A stretch of DNA of 64,000 nucleotides from an uncultured delta proteobacterium (GCA_963769935.1 CAVYNY010000011.1:480001-544000), one strand, 5' to 3'. Shown: positions 27,879 to 41,643, counted from the first letter of the stretch. The notes: a model not told the origin generated them from the letters alone. Numbers and translations: made by a program.

Positions 27879-29982
27879 TCACTCGCTATTTCGTCCCAGT
27901 GCATTGAGCTCAAGGGTAATCGGCCGTTCTTCCTCGCCTTTGCCGATGAACCGGATAGGACCGGGGTGACGGTAATGATCATCGCCCGGTTCAGCCGCCA
28001 GCCATTTTTCCCGATAGGCTTTGACGACCTGAAATGCAATCGAATTCACATCCACGATACTTTTTTCGATCACCAGGGCCAATTTGCCTTTGCGCTCTTC
28101 GAGGTGCATCAGCGGTGCAATCGGAATGCCGATCGGCTCCCACCTGGAAAAATCCTGATCCAGATTTTTGATGGCCGCCATCTGCCCGGTGACCCCGTTG
28201 GCAATCAGGCTGAACACGGTGAGCCCCAGGTTATAGGTATAAATGCAGTCAAAACGAGTGGGATCATTTCCCCGGCCGTCGTAGCCGTAAAAGTGAATCT
28301 GGGTTTTGAAACTCGGGATGGATTTTTTAAATATCTTCTCAACGGCCGCCGGAACTTTCTCCTCGGCCTTCAGCAATTCTTTTTTTTGCAAGGCCTGATG
28401 AAGGGTTTTGACAGAAATAATCGCAGAATTTACCAGCAAATATTGGGCGGCGCCGAAATTTTTAAAAAGCACCGGTCCATAGCGTTCCGGGTCGAGCCCT
28501 TCTTTTTGCAGGATTTTTCGAAAATAATCTTGTTGAATGCCTATTTTATAAACGCCTTCTTCCTTTAGTATATTCAAATAATCCTGGACCAGACCCAGCA
28601 GGACTTTTTCAGTTTCGACCTGAGAAAAGGGGAAGTTGCCGTGGCTGTCTCTCTCCATCAGCAGCCCTTCCTGGAAAAAGGCCGGGATATCACTGAAAAG
28701 ATCTTCGTCCCGGGTATTCCAGAGTTTGAAAGCGGCATCTTCGCGGGAACGCTGGGCCAGCCGCCGCAGATATTCCAGCTTTTCTTCGAGACGCGGAAAA
28801 GACGAGTGGAAATCCCTGTCATGGGTTTGGTTGTAATCTGCAATAATCGTATTCAGTTTGATGATATAAACCTGAATTTCATTGATAAATTCCAGGACGC
28901 CTTCCGGAATGACGATGACGCCGTAATTTTTCCCGCTGGCGGCGCGTCTGACAATGCCGTCGCAAATAACCCGGGAAAGGTGGCGCAGCGTCATACCGAA
29001 AGCAGTGTAGTCGGTTGTGCCTTCCTGCTGCGCTTTTTTCAGTCTTTCTTTATCCGTGTAATTGGCGAGATCTTCGCCGATCAGGGTCAGGTTGGCGTGG
29101 GTCTGCAACGCAACTTCCAAAGCCAGATGGCTGGCAACCCGTCCCATGACTTTACAGACATGCCAGTATTTAATATCCGAGCTGCTGTCGGTGCACAGAT
29201 TGCTGATGGAGCCGGCAAAGGCACGGGCGGCGGTATGAAATCCGAACGACATGGCGCACAGTACGTTGCCATCCGCATCACCTGACCTGAATATCGCCGT
29301 CGATGGTCTTGGGGACGCCGATCACCTGAACGCCGTCGGCCAGCATCTCTTGAGCCAGAAAAGCGGCATTGGTGTTGGAATCGTCTCCGCCGATGACCAC
29401 CAGGGCATCCAGCTGCAGATTCTGGCAGGTCGCGCGGGAGAGCCTCATCTTCTGGGGGGTGTCAATTTTGGTGCGGCCGGTTTTAATCATGCTGAATCCG
29501 CCCAGGTTCCGGTATTTATTCACCAGTTCATCGCCGAGTTCGACGGCTTCATTCTCGATGATGCCGTCCGGTCCTACCAGAAAACCGTAGACTTTGGTAT
29601 CCGGATTGGCCTTTTTGGCCGCATCATACAGACCGGCAATCACATTGTGCCCGCCCGGCGCCGGACCGCCTGAAAAGACAATCCCGATATTGCGTTTTTT
29701 ACCGTATTGCCGGGCAACCGCATCATCCACCGAATCAAGGCCCCTGATCAGCTGCACTTTGTTGCTGATGATATCGGGCAGCTGCTTTTCGGCTTCCTTG
29801 TCAAGCTCAAACCGATACCGGTCGGTTTCCTGCAAAACCGTATACTGATGCGAAAACACCTCGCAGCTGGGAGGCGAATAGTTCCTTCTTTCGAGCAGTT
29901 CGGCGTTAGTGTCTCCGGTGACTTTTTCAACTTGGGGATGGTTTAATAGTTCTTCCAAATTGAGGGTACTGTGATCGGGCAT
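27879..29982 (-). CDS. pfp: Pyrophosphate-dependent 6-phosphofructokinase (long form), one +1 frameshift near 29280
   Basis: FSGGPAPGGHNV, GRTKI, IGGDDSNTNA, VPKTIDGD, then after one skipped base DADGNVLCAMSFGFHTA, VMGRVASHLALE, IPEGVLE, HFYGYDGR, PGPIRF. GGDD plus PKTIDGD indicate PPi specificity. Confidence 0.9.
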
Positions 29983-30361
29983 GGCAACCTCCCATGAAAT
30001 TGAATATGGTTGATTTAATATCTACAATAGCCGACAGTTGATGGATAATAGTCAACAATCAAAAATAAATCTTCATTCTTCAATTCTCAATTCATACCCG
30101 CCCCTTGCATACAAAGTCAAGATGATTCCTCCTGATAGGACCGGGAGCGGTTCATGTCCGCAAGACCGTGGCGGGCTAATCGCCGACAGCCAAAAGAATG
30201 CTTTACAACAATTATTTTATAAGATACAAGAAAATGTCCGATTGACATTCAAAGGTTAAATATGTTTTATTTATTTGGGCAGCAATTGTGAATCGGTTGA
30301 TCGACCCGCTACGGTCATCAGTTTGCCAAATCCCATCAAACAAAATCAAAGGAGGTTATCT

Positions 30362-31189
30362 ATGAAAAAAGGATTGGTATCAGGTCTTGCTGTATTGGCT
30401 TTAATCGGATTTCTATTGGCGACCTCCGCCATCGGTGCGGATATCGATCTGGCCAAGAAATCCACCCTTGAAAAAATCCTGCAAAACAAAGAACTGCGCG
30501 TCGGTTTCGAGTCCGGCTACGTCCCGTTTGAAATGACCAATAAAAAGGGCGAATATATCGGCTTTGACATGGATTACGGCCGCAGGATGGCCAAAGACAT
30601 GGGCGTAAAATTCGTCCCGATCAACACGGCCTGGGACGGCATCATTCCGGCCCTCATGACGGACAAATTCGATATCATCATGGGCGGTATGACCATCACC
30701 CAGGAAAGAAATCTCAAGGTCAATTTTGCGGACCCGTACATTATCGTGGGGCAGGCCATTCTCTTGAACAAAAAGCTCAAAGACAAGGTTTTATCCTACA
30801 AGGATCTTAATAACCCCAAATATATCGTGACCTCCCGCATGGGCACCACCGGTGAGCAGGCCATTAAAAGATATATTCCCAAAGCCACCTACAAAGGTTT
30901 TGAATCAGAAGCCGAAGCCGGCCTCGAGGTGATAAACGGCAAGGCGGATGCGTTGGTTTATGATTTGCCCTTCTGCGGATATCTTTACAGCAGCCAGGGA
31001 CAAGGCAAAACCATATTCCTGAGCGACCCCTTCACCTATGAGCCGCTGGCCTGGGCCGTCAAAAAGGGCGATCCGGATTTTCTGAACTTTCTAAACAACT
31101 TTCTGCGCCAGACCAAAGGCGACGGCTTCTACGACAGAATGTACAAAAAATGGATTACCGGCAGCAAGTGGAAAGAAGAACTCGAGTAA
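30362..31189 (+). CDS. Polar amino-acid ABC transporter substrate-binding protein (family 3)
   Basis: GGAGG then MKKGLVSGLAVLAL signal; YVPFEM, GFDMD, WDGIIPAL, MTITQER, GTTGEQA. Confidence 0.93.
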   Translation: MKKGLVSGLAVLALIGFLLATSAIGADIDLAKKSTLEKILQNKELRVGFESGYVPFEMTNKKGEYIGFDMDYGRRMAKDMGVKFVPINTAWDGIIPALMTDKFDIIMGGMTITQERNLKVNFADPYIIVGQAILLNKKLKDKVLSYKDLNNPKYIVTSRMGTTGEQAIKRYIPKATYKGFESEAEAGLEVINGKADALVYDLPFCGYLYSSQGQGKTIFLSDPFTYEPLAWAVKKGDPDFLNFLNNFLRQTKGDGFYDRMYKKWITGSKWKEELE

Positions 31190-31354
31190 TCCGCCGCTGC
31201 AGTTCGCATCCGATGCGAATGGTTGAACCGGCCGGTCATGCCGGCAAACGGCATGGCCGGTTTGTTGCCTAATGGCAAAGAAAGCCGTGGGAACCTGGAT
31301 CGTCCCGCGCCAAAACCGCTTCCCACGTAAACAAGCCCAAGGTGGAAAAATGCT

Positions 31355-32365
31355 ATGACAAAACGAATGAATCGGCAGCATGACGCCAAGCCTGCTTCAT
31401 ACTATGGCTGGGTGGGTGTCTTCGTTGTCTTTGTTTTGGTGCTGGCCGGCCTGTTTTATTATGCCACCCAAAAAATCGCGTATGTATGGCGCTGGAACCG
31501 GGTTCCCATTTATTTTGTATATGAAGATCAAATTGATGTCGTCACCGATATCGACGGTGATGTGGAATCCGTTCAAAAAAAGGACAAGCAAACCGTAATC
31601 ACCATCAAAGGACTGGACGAAACGGAATCCTACAACGTACCGGCCGGCAGTTCGAGGGTTGATAAAGGCTATTATGTCTACCTCGGCGAGACCATCGCCA
31701 GCTACAAGAAATGGAAACCCGGCCTGCTGGTCATCGGCCTCTGGATCACCCTGAAACTGAGCGTGATCGCGACCATTCTGGGTGTTATCATCGGTGTCAT
31801 CGGCGGACTTACCCGCATCTCGTCCAATCCCGCCTTGAAATGGATTACCATCGGATATGTGGAATTGATCCGGGGCTCACCCTTGATGGTGCAAATCCTC
31901 CTCTGGTATTTTGTCATCGGAACAGTCGTCAATGATATGCTGGCAGCTTTTGGGATGAGACGGATCCCGGCCTTCTGGTACGGCGTGGCTTCGTTGGCCT
32001 GCTTTGCCGGGGCGTATGTGACCGAAATCGTGCGGTCGGGCATCCAATCCATCCACCGCGGCCAGACGGAGGCAGCCCGTTCGCTGGGCATGACATACGG
32101 CCAATCCATGCGCTATATCATCCTGCCTCAGGCATTGCGCCGGATATTGCCGCCCCTGGCCGGTCAGTTTATCAGTCTGATCAAAGACTCTTCGCTGCTG
32201 GGCATCATTGCCATCCGCGAATTGACCAAGGCGGCCCGGGAGGCGGTTTCCGCCAGCTTGCAGCCCTTTGAGGTCTATTTTCTTTTAATGGCCCTGTATC
32301 TTGTTTTAACTTTCAGCCTTTCCATGGTTGTCCAGCGCATGGAAAAAAGGATGGCGATCCAGTGA
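31355..32365 (+). CDS. Polar amino-acid ABC transporter permease (HisM/GlnP type) with extra N-terminal loop
   Basis: [43 protein letters not shown] motif, [18 protein letters not shown]. Confidence 0.93.
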   Translation: MTKRMNRQHDAKPASYYGWVGVFVVFVLVLAGLFYYATQKIAYVWRWNRVPIYFVYEDQIDVVTDIDGDVESVQKKDKQTVITIKGLDETESYNVPAGSSRVDKGYYVYLGETIASYKKWKPGLLVIGLWITLKLSVIATILGVIIGVIGGLTRISSNPALKWITIGYVELIRGSPLMVQILLWYFVIGTVVNDMLAAFGMRRIPAFWYGVASLACFAGAYVTEIVRSGIQSIHRGQTEAARSLGMTYGQSMRYIILPQALRRILPPLAGQFISLIKDSSLLGIIAIRELTKAAREAVSASLQPFEVYFLLMALYLVLTFSLSMVVQRMEKRMAIQ

Positions 32366-33093
32366 TTGATGTTCGCGAGATAAATAAAACCTTTCACGTT
32401 CCCCATGACGTTAAAGCCCTGGTAAATGTTTCCACCAAAGTTGAAGCCGGCGAAGTGGTGGTGGTATGCGGACCTTCGGGTTCGGGCAAAAGCACATTTC
32501 TGCGCTGCCTCAATCGTTTGGAAAAGGCCGACAACGGACACATCTTTATCGACGGCATCGATGTGCTGGACCCCAAGACCAATATCAATAAGTTGCGGGC
32601 CGAGGTGGGCATGGTCTTTCAGTCGTTTAATCTTTTCCCTCATAAGAATGTCATCGAAAACATAACCCTGGCCCAAAAAGTGGTTCGCAAACGCTCCAAA
32701 AACGATGCCGCAGAAAAGGCCAACGCGCTCCTGAAGAAAGTCGGCATTCAGGACAAGTCGAACGCCTATCCCGACAATTTGTCCGGCGGTCAGCAACAGC
32801 GCGTTGCCATTGCCAGAGCATTGGCCATGGATCCCAAGGTCATGCTGTTCGATGAACCGACTTCGGCGCTGGATCCGGAAATGATCGGCGAAGTGCTGGA
32901 TGTTATGAAAACCCTGGCCAAAGAAGGCATGACCATGGTCGTGGTAACCCATGAAATGGGGTTTGCCCGGGAAGTTGCCGATCGGGTCATCTTTATGGAT
33001 GAAGGGGCCGTCGTGGAAGTCGGAACGCCGCAACATTTTTTTACCAACCCTACCCACGAACGCACCAAGCTGTTCTTGAGCCAGATCCTCTAG
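32362..33093 (+). CDS. Polar amino-acid ABC transporter ATP-binding protein (GlnQ type)
   Basis: [61 protein letters not shown] overlap with the permease. Confidence 0.95.
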   Translation: MIDVREINKTFHVPHDVKALVNVSTKVEAGEVVVVCGPSGSGKSTFLRCLNRLEKADNGHIFIDGIDVLDPKTNINKLRAEVGMVFQSFNLFPHKNVIENITLAQKVVRKRSKNDAAEKANALLKKVGIQDKSNAYPDNLSGGQQQRVAIARALAMDPKVMLFDEPTSALDPEMIGEVLDVMKTLAKEGMTMVVVTHEMGFAREVADRVIFMDEGAVVEVGTPQHFFTNPTHERTKLFLSQIL

Positions 33094-33165
33094 GGACGTG
33101 CCCCAGATGTAATTTATAAGACTCGGATGGATTTAATTATATTTTCTCTGCGGGAATTAAGTCGT

Positions 33166-33379
33166 AAAAATCCCAATTCTCAAATCCCAAATTCCAACCC
33201 TCAAATTCGGAACTCCAGAATTCTATGAATTAATTTGATTCGACCTTCTCCGGCTTTCAAAATTTACTCTGACTTTAGACCAAAAATTACTCCTTGTGGC
33301 CGTCCATAACTCGTTTGGATCATTGGTGCTTTGAATTTTGATATTGTTTGTTATTTGTTTTTTTGGTGCTTGGAATTTT
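33166..33379. repeat. CAAAT-type heptamer palindromic element with inner insert
   Basis: The right arm reverse complement AAAAATTCCAAGCACCAAAAAAACAAATAACAAAC closely matches the left arm at 12996. Confidence 0.75.
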
Positions 33380-33718
33380 TATGCTTAAAGACTATTGTTA
33401 GGTATCATGTTCAAGTTTTATTAATGTATTTCTATGACACAATACTAGCTCAATGCGCCTACCCCACATCTTGTACCCGGACCTCCAAAATTCTACCGCT
33501 TATTGTGTTTTCCGCTTTACAATTAAATTGCGGCCTGTTATTATTCCGTAATTGTATTTTCCAGGGCTGCCTGAAATTTTCGACGCACAAAAAGGGGACG
33601 CCGCGTGCCCGAACACTCATTGGACGGAATGCAAAATTTAAAGCCGAGACGCTTTTCAATGATTAGTTGGATCCGCATCGTTTCGACCTTATGTTCAAGG
33701 TCAGGAGAGTATTCATAG

Positions 33719-36700
33719 ATGAAGCTGAAAAAACTGGAAATAACCGGTTTTAAATCATTTTACGAAAAATCCACCATAGAATTTCCGCCGGGTATCTCGG
33801 CTGTAGTCGGTCCGAACGGCTGCGGTAAAAGCAATGTGCTGGATGCCATCCGCTGGGTAATGGGCGAACAGAGCCTCAAACAGCTGCGCGGCAAATCAAA
33901 AGAAGATATTATTTTTTCAGGCACCAACGGCAAGCCGCCGCTGAACATGGCTGAAGTTTCGTTAACGTTGGCCAATGACAACGGCAATGCCCCGGAAGAG
34001 CTGAGAGACTTCACCGAAATTAATTTGACCCGCCGCCTGTACAGATCCGGTGAAACATCCTATTACTTGAACCGGCAGCCCTGCCGGTTGAAAGACATTC
34101 ATAATGTATTTTTAGGCAGCGGACTGGGCTCCAAATCCTTTGCCGTCATTCAGCAGGGAAACATCGGCGCCATCACGGAAGCCACCCCGGAAGAGCGCCG
34201 TTATTTTGTTGAAGAGGCGGCCGGCACCACCCGCTATAAAAATCGCAAACTCGAAGCCCTGCGCAAGGTTGAGCTTACCAACCAGAATTTATTGAGAGTC
34301 AATGATATCCTGGCCGAAATTAACCGCCAGATGGCCAGCCTCAAACGCCAGGCCAGAAAAGCTGAAATATATAACAGCTACCAGATGCGCATTCGAAGAC
34401 TGGATGTTCAGCTGGGTATTCACTATTATGATGATTTCACCCGCCAGATTGATAAAACCGACACGTTATTAAAAGAATTAAAAGATGCCGATATCGGACA
34501 CACCTCTGAATTAAAAAAACTGGATGCCGCCGTAGAAGAAATCAAACTCAGGCGCTGGCAGAAAAGCCAGGAAATCGCCGAACAGAAATCTCAAAAATTT
34601 GACACGCAGCGCGACATTGATCGGGCGGAAAATGATCTGGCGCACATGCGCACTGAGATTGAAAGGCTGAACCGGGAAGCCGCGGAACTGGAGGATGCCC
34701 GCCAGGAACTTGTCCATAAAAATGAAGCCATGCTGTCTGAAATCAGCCAGGTCGAGCTGGAAACCGAACGGTTGAATTCGGAAATAGACACGGTCAGACA
34801 AACCCTTGCCCAGCAGCGCCGGAGCAATGAACAGATCAGCGAAAAATTTGCAGGGCTCAATCGGGAGCTCGAATCCGCCAAGGCCCACTTGTTGGATCTG
34901 ACAACCCGTGAGGCCCAATACAAAAATATTTATCAAAACGCAGCCAGCAACAGGGAAAGCCTTCAGAGACGCCTTAAACGGGCAGATGAGGAGGAAGTTC
35001 TGGCGCAAAAGCAGATTGCAGAAACGCAGCAAAGGGAAAACCGGGTCCGTGACCGGTTCGATACGATAAAACGGCAGATCGCAAAACTGAGCGAAGAGAT
35101 CGATATCACGCGCAAGCGCCTTGATGAGAAGGCCGCCGCCCTGGCCCAACAGGTCAAAGCAGCTCAAACGCTGGAGCTTGAGCGCAATACGGCCAAATCC
35201 CAGTACAGCGCTTTAAAAAAAATGGAAGACAACTTCGAGTGGTATCGCGACGGCGTCAAAGCCATCATGAAAGCCCGCAGTTCCAATGTCGATGATAAAA
35301 GCTCAGCGCTGCCGCCTTTCAACCGGGAAACAGCCGCCAATGTCCTGGAACTTATGGCGGATATTATCGAAGCGGATCCGGCCTATGAAACAGCTATCGA
35401 GGCGGTCCTGGGGGAATCACTGCAGTACATAGTGGTCAAAGATCAGCAAACGGGGCGCCAAGCCATAGACTATTTGCAGTTGCACAGCGCCGGGCGCAGC
35501 GGTTTTATACCGATGTCAGCATTAAAACCGATCTCCGGCGACGGCAACGGGACACCGGATTTTTCCCGCCTGCTCTTAAATCATATCACCGTTAAAGCCG
35601 GCTTTGAAAGTGTCGCCCGGGTACTTTTAGGTGATGTCGTCTTAACCGAGTCTCTGCCGGAAGCGCTGGAACTTTTTAACCGCAACGGCAAATTCCAACG
35701 AATCGTCACAAAAAATGGGGACGTGATCTCTCATCAGGGCATTCTGGTCGGCGGCAGCAAGGATAAATTAAGCGGTATTCTGGCTAAAAAGCATGAGATT
35801 AAAGAGTTAAAACGCCGGGAAGCTGAATTAACCCGGCAAGCGGAAAACGCGCGTCTCATCCAACATGAACTGGAATCCGAGGTTCAAAAACTTGAGAGTG
35901 CGCTGCAAAAACAGATCGAACAGAAAAACCGGTTGACCGAAGATAAAACCGAGGCTGAAAAAGAACTCTACAAGGTTGGTGAGGATCTCAAAAACGGCCG
36001 GCGCCATCTGGAAATTGTTCAACTGGAACAGGAACAGCTTTTAGGAGAAGCAAGTGACATTGACGATGAGATGACCAAGTACAACACGGCCCTGGCAAAG
36101 ATATCCGATGAAATCAATTCAGCCCAGGGCACGGTTGCCGGCTTGTCACAGGAGATCAGCAATGTCTCCGAGGAGATGGAAAAATTCAATCAAACGGTCA
36201 TGGACCTTAAGTTAAACCTGACGGCCCTGAATGCCAAACTGGAAAACAGCAACAACAGCTTAAAACGACTCAAAGAATTCCATGAAGACGGTCTGAACCG
36301 GCTCGAACAGCTGTCGCGGGAAATTAATCAGAAAAGGCAAAAAGAGGAAGCCGCCAAACTCAAAAGTTCCGGCAGCGCAGAAAATCTTTCCCGAATGTAC
36401 GACACCATAAAAGGCATCGAGGAAGGCATCGAGCGCAATGAGGCCGATTACCAGGAGATCGACAACCGGCTTCAGGACAGCGACAGCAAGATAACCGACA
36501 TCAGAAGCAAACGCGAAAAAACACTGGAGAAATTTCGCATGCTGGAATTGGAGCTGTCCCAGCTCCAGCTCAAACGTGACAATGCTGCCAATCGGCTGGA
36601 AGAGCGGTATCAAACCTCATTTGCAGTATTGCAATCAGATTTGCAGCAGGACGAAGACGCCCGCAAATTCATCGCCGGCATGTCCGTCGCCGAGATGGAA

Positions 36701-37354
36701 GCCGATTTGTCGCGCAGCAAAGAAAAAATTTCAAAAATCATCGATGTCAACCTCGGCGCTATCAAAGAGTTTGAACAACTCAAGGATCGCTACGAGTTTC
36801 TTGAAACGCAGCGCAATGACCTGCTCAAGGCGATAGAAGACCTGCATAAAGTAATCAAAAAGATAAACCGGATAACCCAGGAAAAGTTTATTGAGACGTT
36901 CAACGCCGTCAATGAGAAGTTGGCGGAAGTATTTCCCCGCCTTTTTGAAGGTGGTGAGGCCAGGCTCGTTCTAATAGAGCCGGATAAACCCTTGGAGTCC
37001 GGCGTAGAGCTGATGATTCATCCCCCGGGGAAAAAGCTGACGCGCTTGAGCCTGCTGTCCGGCGGTGAGAAAGCGCTGTCGGCCATCGCTTTTATTTTCT
37101 CCATTTTTCTGATTAAGCCGGCTTCCTTCTGCCTGCTGGATGAAATCGATGCCCCGCTGGATGAATCCAACGTCTTCCGTTTCAATGATCTGCTGCAGAT
37201 CATCGGAGAAAATTCACAGATTATTGTCATCACCCACAATAAACGGACAATGGAGTTTGCCGATACCCTGTTCGGCATTACCATGGAACATAAGGGAATT
37301 TCAAAAGTTGTTTCCGTGAACCTGGCACGGACGGAAATGCGAAAAGCAAGCTGA
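33719..37354 (+). CDS. smc: Chromosome segregation protein SMC
   Basis: GFKSF, VGPNGCGKSN, long coiled coils, hinge AIEAVLG...GRSGFIP, LSGGEKAL, LDEIDAPLD, ITHNK. Confidence 0.97.
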   Translation: MKLKKLEITGFKSFYEKSTIEFPPGISAVVGPNGCGKSNVLDAIRWVMGEQSLKQLRGKSKEDIIFSGTNGKPPLNMAEVSLTLANDNGNAPEELRDFTEINLTRRLYRSGETSYYLNRQPCRLKDIHNVFLGSGLGSKSFAVIQQGNIGAITEATPEERRYFVEEAAGTTRYKNRKLEALRKVELTNQNLLRVNDILAEINRQMASLKRQARKAEIYNSYQMRIRRLDVQLGIHYYDDFTRQIDKTDTLLKELKDADIGHTSELKKLDAAVEEIKLRRWQKSQEIAEQKSQKFDTQRDIDRAENDLAHMRTEIERLNREAAELEDARQELVHKNEAMLSEISQVELETERLNSEIDTVRQTLAQQRRSNEQISEKFAGLNRELESAKAHLLDLTTREAQYKNIYQNAASNRESLQRRLKRADEEEVLAQKQIAETQQRENRVRDRFDTIKRQIAKLSEEIDITRKRLDEKAAALAQQVKAAQTLELERNTAKSQYSALKKMEDNFEWYRDGVKAIMKARSSNVDDKSSALPPFNRETAANVLELMADIIEADPAYETAIEAVLGESLQYIVVKDQQTGRQAIDYLQLHSAGRSGFIPMSALKPISGDGNGTPDFSRLLLNHITVKAGFESVARVLLGDVVLTESLPEALELFNRNGKFQRIVTKNGDVISHQGILVGGSKDKLSGILAKKHEIKELKRREAELTRQAENARLIQHELESEVQKLESALQKQIEQKNRLTEDKTEAEKELYKVGEDLKNGRRHLEIVQLEQEQLLGEASDIDDEMTKYNTALAKISDEINSAQGTVAGLSQEISNVSEEMEKFNQTVMDLKLNLTALNAKLENSNNSLKRLKEFHEDGLNRLEQLSREINQKRQKEEAAKLKSSGSAENLSRMYDTIKGIEEGIERNEADYQEIDNRLQDSDSKITDIRSKREKTLEKFRMLELELSQLQLKRDNAANRLEERYQTSFAVLQSDLQQDEDARKFIAGMSVAEMEADLSRSKEKISKIIDVNLGAIKEFEQLKDRYEFLETQRNDLLKAIEDLHKVIKKINRITQEKFIETFNAVNEKLAEVFPRLFEGGEARLVLIEPDKPLESGVELMIHPPGKKLTRLSLLSGGEKALSAIAFIFSIFLIKPASFCLLDEIDAPLDESNVFRFNDLLQIIGENSQIIVITHNKRTMEFADTLFGITMEHKGISKVVSVNLARTEMRKAS

Positions 37355-37360
37355 CGTTTG

Positions 37361-37477
37361 GAATGACGATTGACGAATGTCGAATGACGAACTTTTGGAA
37401 TGATGAACGACGAACGAATATAAATGACGGAGCGAAACGACTTCCTCAATTCGACCTTCTTCATTCGACCGTCGAAA
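37361..37477. repeat. Heptamer (GAATGAC/ATTCGAC) palindromic element between smc and ftsY
   Basis: GAATGAC GATTGAC GAATGTC GAATGAC GAA left; ATTCGACCTTCTTCATTCGAC right. Confidence 0.75.
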
Positions 37478-37495
37478 TGTCTAGAGGCCGGCACC

Positions 37496-38623
37496 ATGGC
37501 GTTTAACTGGTTTAAGAAAAATAAGACGAAACTGACTGAGGGGAATCCGGCGACAGAAGTTGAACCGCCGCAGTCCGCACCGCCGGACGACATGCCGCCA
37601 CCTGAATCGGAAGATCATGAACTAAAGAACGCGTCCGATGCCTTCGAAAATTTAAGCGCCGCTCGCATGCAAGCTCCTGCCGAAGACAAGCCACCCCCCG
37701 AGCCTCCGGGCCAGGAGGCAACCGGATATTTTAAACGCTTAAAAAGCCGCCTTTCCAAAACGCGCAAATCCCTGACCGGCGGCTTTGAGAGAATCTTCAG
37801 CGGCAAGCAAAAAATCGATGATGAGGTTCTAGAGGAATTGGAGGAGCTGCTGATAACATCGGACATCGGGGTGCCGACAGCCATGGCGCTCATCGAGCGC
37901 ATTACAAAAGCCAAGCTTTCCGACATCAGTCAGTTGAAGACGGCGCTCAAAAAGGAAATTCTCTCAATTCTTGATTCCCGGCCCGATGCACCGGTCCCGC
38001 AAATAAATGCCGGCACCCCCCATGTGGTGCTGGTAGTGGGGGTCAACGGTGTCGGTAAAACCACAACCATCGGCAAACTGGCAGCGGCGGCCGGTGCTTC
38101 CGGAAAGAAAGTCTTGATCGCCGCCGCCGACACCTTCCGCGCTGCGGCCGTCGAACAGCTGGGCATCTGGGCGGACAGGGCCAAGGCGGAATTCGTCAAA
38201 CATAAAGAAAATGCAGATCCCGCGGCCGTAGCATTCGATGCGGTAGCGGCAGCCTCGGCCCGCGGCTGCGATCTGGTATTGATTGACACCGCAGGCCGCC
38301 TCCATACCAAAGTTAATTTGATGGAGGAGCTTAAAAAAATCAAGCGCACAGTGGCCAAGCAGATTGACGGAGCACCGCATGAGATATTGCTGGTTCTGGA
38401 TGCCACCACCGGTCAAAACGCCCTGTCCCAGGCGAAATTGTTCAATGATGCGCTGGATCTTACCGGCTTGGCGCTGACCAAGCTGGATGGAACCGCCAAA
38501 GGCGGGATTGTCATCGGCATATGCAGCGCCCTGAATATTCCTTTGCAGTATATCGGCATCGGCGAGCAAATTGAGGACCTCAGGCCTTTCGATGCTGAGC
38601 AATTCATTGACGCGCTGTTTTGA
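37496..38623 (+). CDS. ftsY: Signal recognition particle receptor FtsY
   Basis: Acidic Pro-rich N-terminus, GVNGVGKTTTIGKLA, DTFRAAA, DTAGR, DATTGQN, TKLDGTAKGG. Start taken at MAFNWF. Confidence 0.97.
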   Translation: MAFNWFKKNKTKLTEGNPATEVEPPQSAPPDDMPPPESEDHELKNASDAFENLSAARMQAPAEDKPPPEPPGQEATGYFKRLKSRLSKTRKSLTGGFERIFSGKQKIDDEVLEELEELLITSDIGVPTAMALIERITKAKLSDISQLKTALKKEILSILDSRPDAPVPQINAGTPHVVLVVGVNGVGKTTTIGKLAAAAGASGKKVLIAAADTFRAAAVEQLGIWADRAKAEFVKHKENADPAAVAFDAVAAASARGCDLVLIDTAGRLHTKVNLMEELKKIKRTVAKQIDGAPHEILLVLDATTGQNALSQAKLFNDALDLTGLALTKLDGTAKGGIVIGICSALNIPLQYIGIGEQIEDLRPFDAEQFIDALF

Positions 38624-38837
38624 CCTGGCCGGCGACGCCGAGCGGGCATACATTTGTGGCAGAGACATCCTGTAAACGTCAGTTGCCTGCGGCTTGGCGG
38701 CAAATATCTTAAAAAAAGCACTGAATCATGCAATTTCTGTTGACATGGAATTTAACTTCCTATATGGACACAGGAAAATAGGCGATCGAGCCTTAGGCGG
38801 GAAGAAATAATCACTAACACGAAGGGGGAACAGCACT

Positions 38838-39110
38838 ATGACCAAAGCAGAACTTGTAGAACAGGCGGCAAAGGATGCCATGATCTCAAAAGTGGCGGCG
38901 GCGGCGGCGCTAAATTCCTTTATGGACAGTGTCACCAAAGCGCTGAAGAAAAAGGACGGCAAGGTCACCCTCGTGGGTTTCGGCACGTTCTCAAAAGCGC
39001 GACGCAAGGCACGCAAGGGCCGCAATCCGCAGACCGGTGCGCCCATCAAAATCAAGGCCTCCAACGTCGTCAAATTCAAAGCCGGCAAAAAACTCAAAGA
39101 TGCCGTCTAA
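38838..39110 (+). CDS. hup: HU family DNA-binding protein
   Basis: MTKAELV, VTLVGFGTF, ARKGRNPQTG, KFKAGKKLKDAV. Confidence 0.96.
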   Translation: MTKAELVEQAAKDAMISKVAAAAALNSFMDSVTKALKKKDGKVTLVGFGTFSKARRKARKGRNPQTGAPIKIKASNVVKFKAGKKLKDAV

Positions 39111-39123
39111 GCAAAAAACCTTG

Positions 39124-39153
39124 AGGCGGCTTGTCGATACCGATAAGCCGCCT
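39124..39153. terminator. Hairpin between convergent hup and acyP (probable terminator)
   Basis: AGGCGGCTTGTCG-atac-CGATAAGCCGCCT. Confidence 0.65.
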
Positions 39154-39178
39154 GCCCTAAAAACTTTTCACCGTCGCT

Positions 39179-39472
39179 TCAGAAATCACGCAGGTAGGCG
39201 ATCCTAAATCCGTCAAACTCCCCCGTGTAGGCCTGCAAGGTTACGTTCACATCAGCGACCGCAGCATGCGGCGGTCCTTGCCGGCACCAGTCTAAAGCAG
39301 CCTCCACCCGGTCCTGATTCCCTTCGAACACAACTTCTACGGTACCGTCTTTAAGATTTCGCACCCAGCCGCCTACCCCGAATCGATCCGCAGCGCGTTT
39401 AGTCTCGATTCTGAAAGCCACACCCTGCACACGCCCGCGGACAATGGCATGGGCTCTGACTTTGTTTTCCAT
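39179..39472 (-). CDS. acyP: Acylphosphatase
   Basis: VRGRVQGVAFR, GWVRNLKDGTVE, GPPHAAV. Confidence 0.95.
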   Translation of the reverse strand: MENKVRAHAIVRGRVQGVAFRIETKRAADRFGVGGWVRNLKDGTVEVVFEGNQDRVEAALDWCRQGPPHAAVADVNVTLQAYTGEFDGFRIAYLRDF

Positions 39473-39560
39473 GACTACCCCCACAATTTAAGCTGTTGCG
39501 TTAATGAGCGGTTAAGCTTTTGAGCTGTTGACCTGTTGAGCCTACCAGCTTAAGAGCTTA

Positions 39561-41591
<2,031 letters not shown>

Positions 41592-41643
41592 CTATGCAGC
41601 TATAATTAGGAAAGCGTGTTTTCAGATGCTAAGATAGGCTATA

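Noticed and set aside
29278..29283. TGA readthrough or selenocysteine in pfp
   Set aside because: In-frame readthrough gives non-PFK sequence; PFK motifs resume only in the +1 frame.
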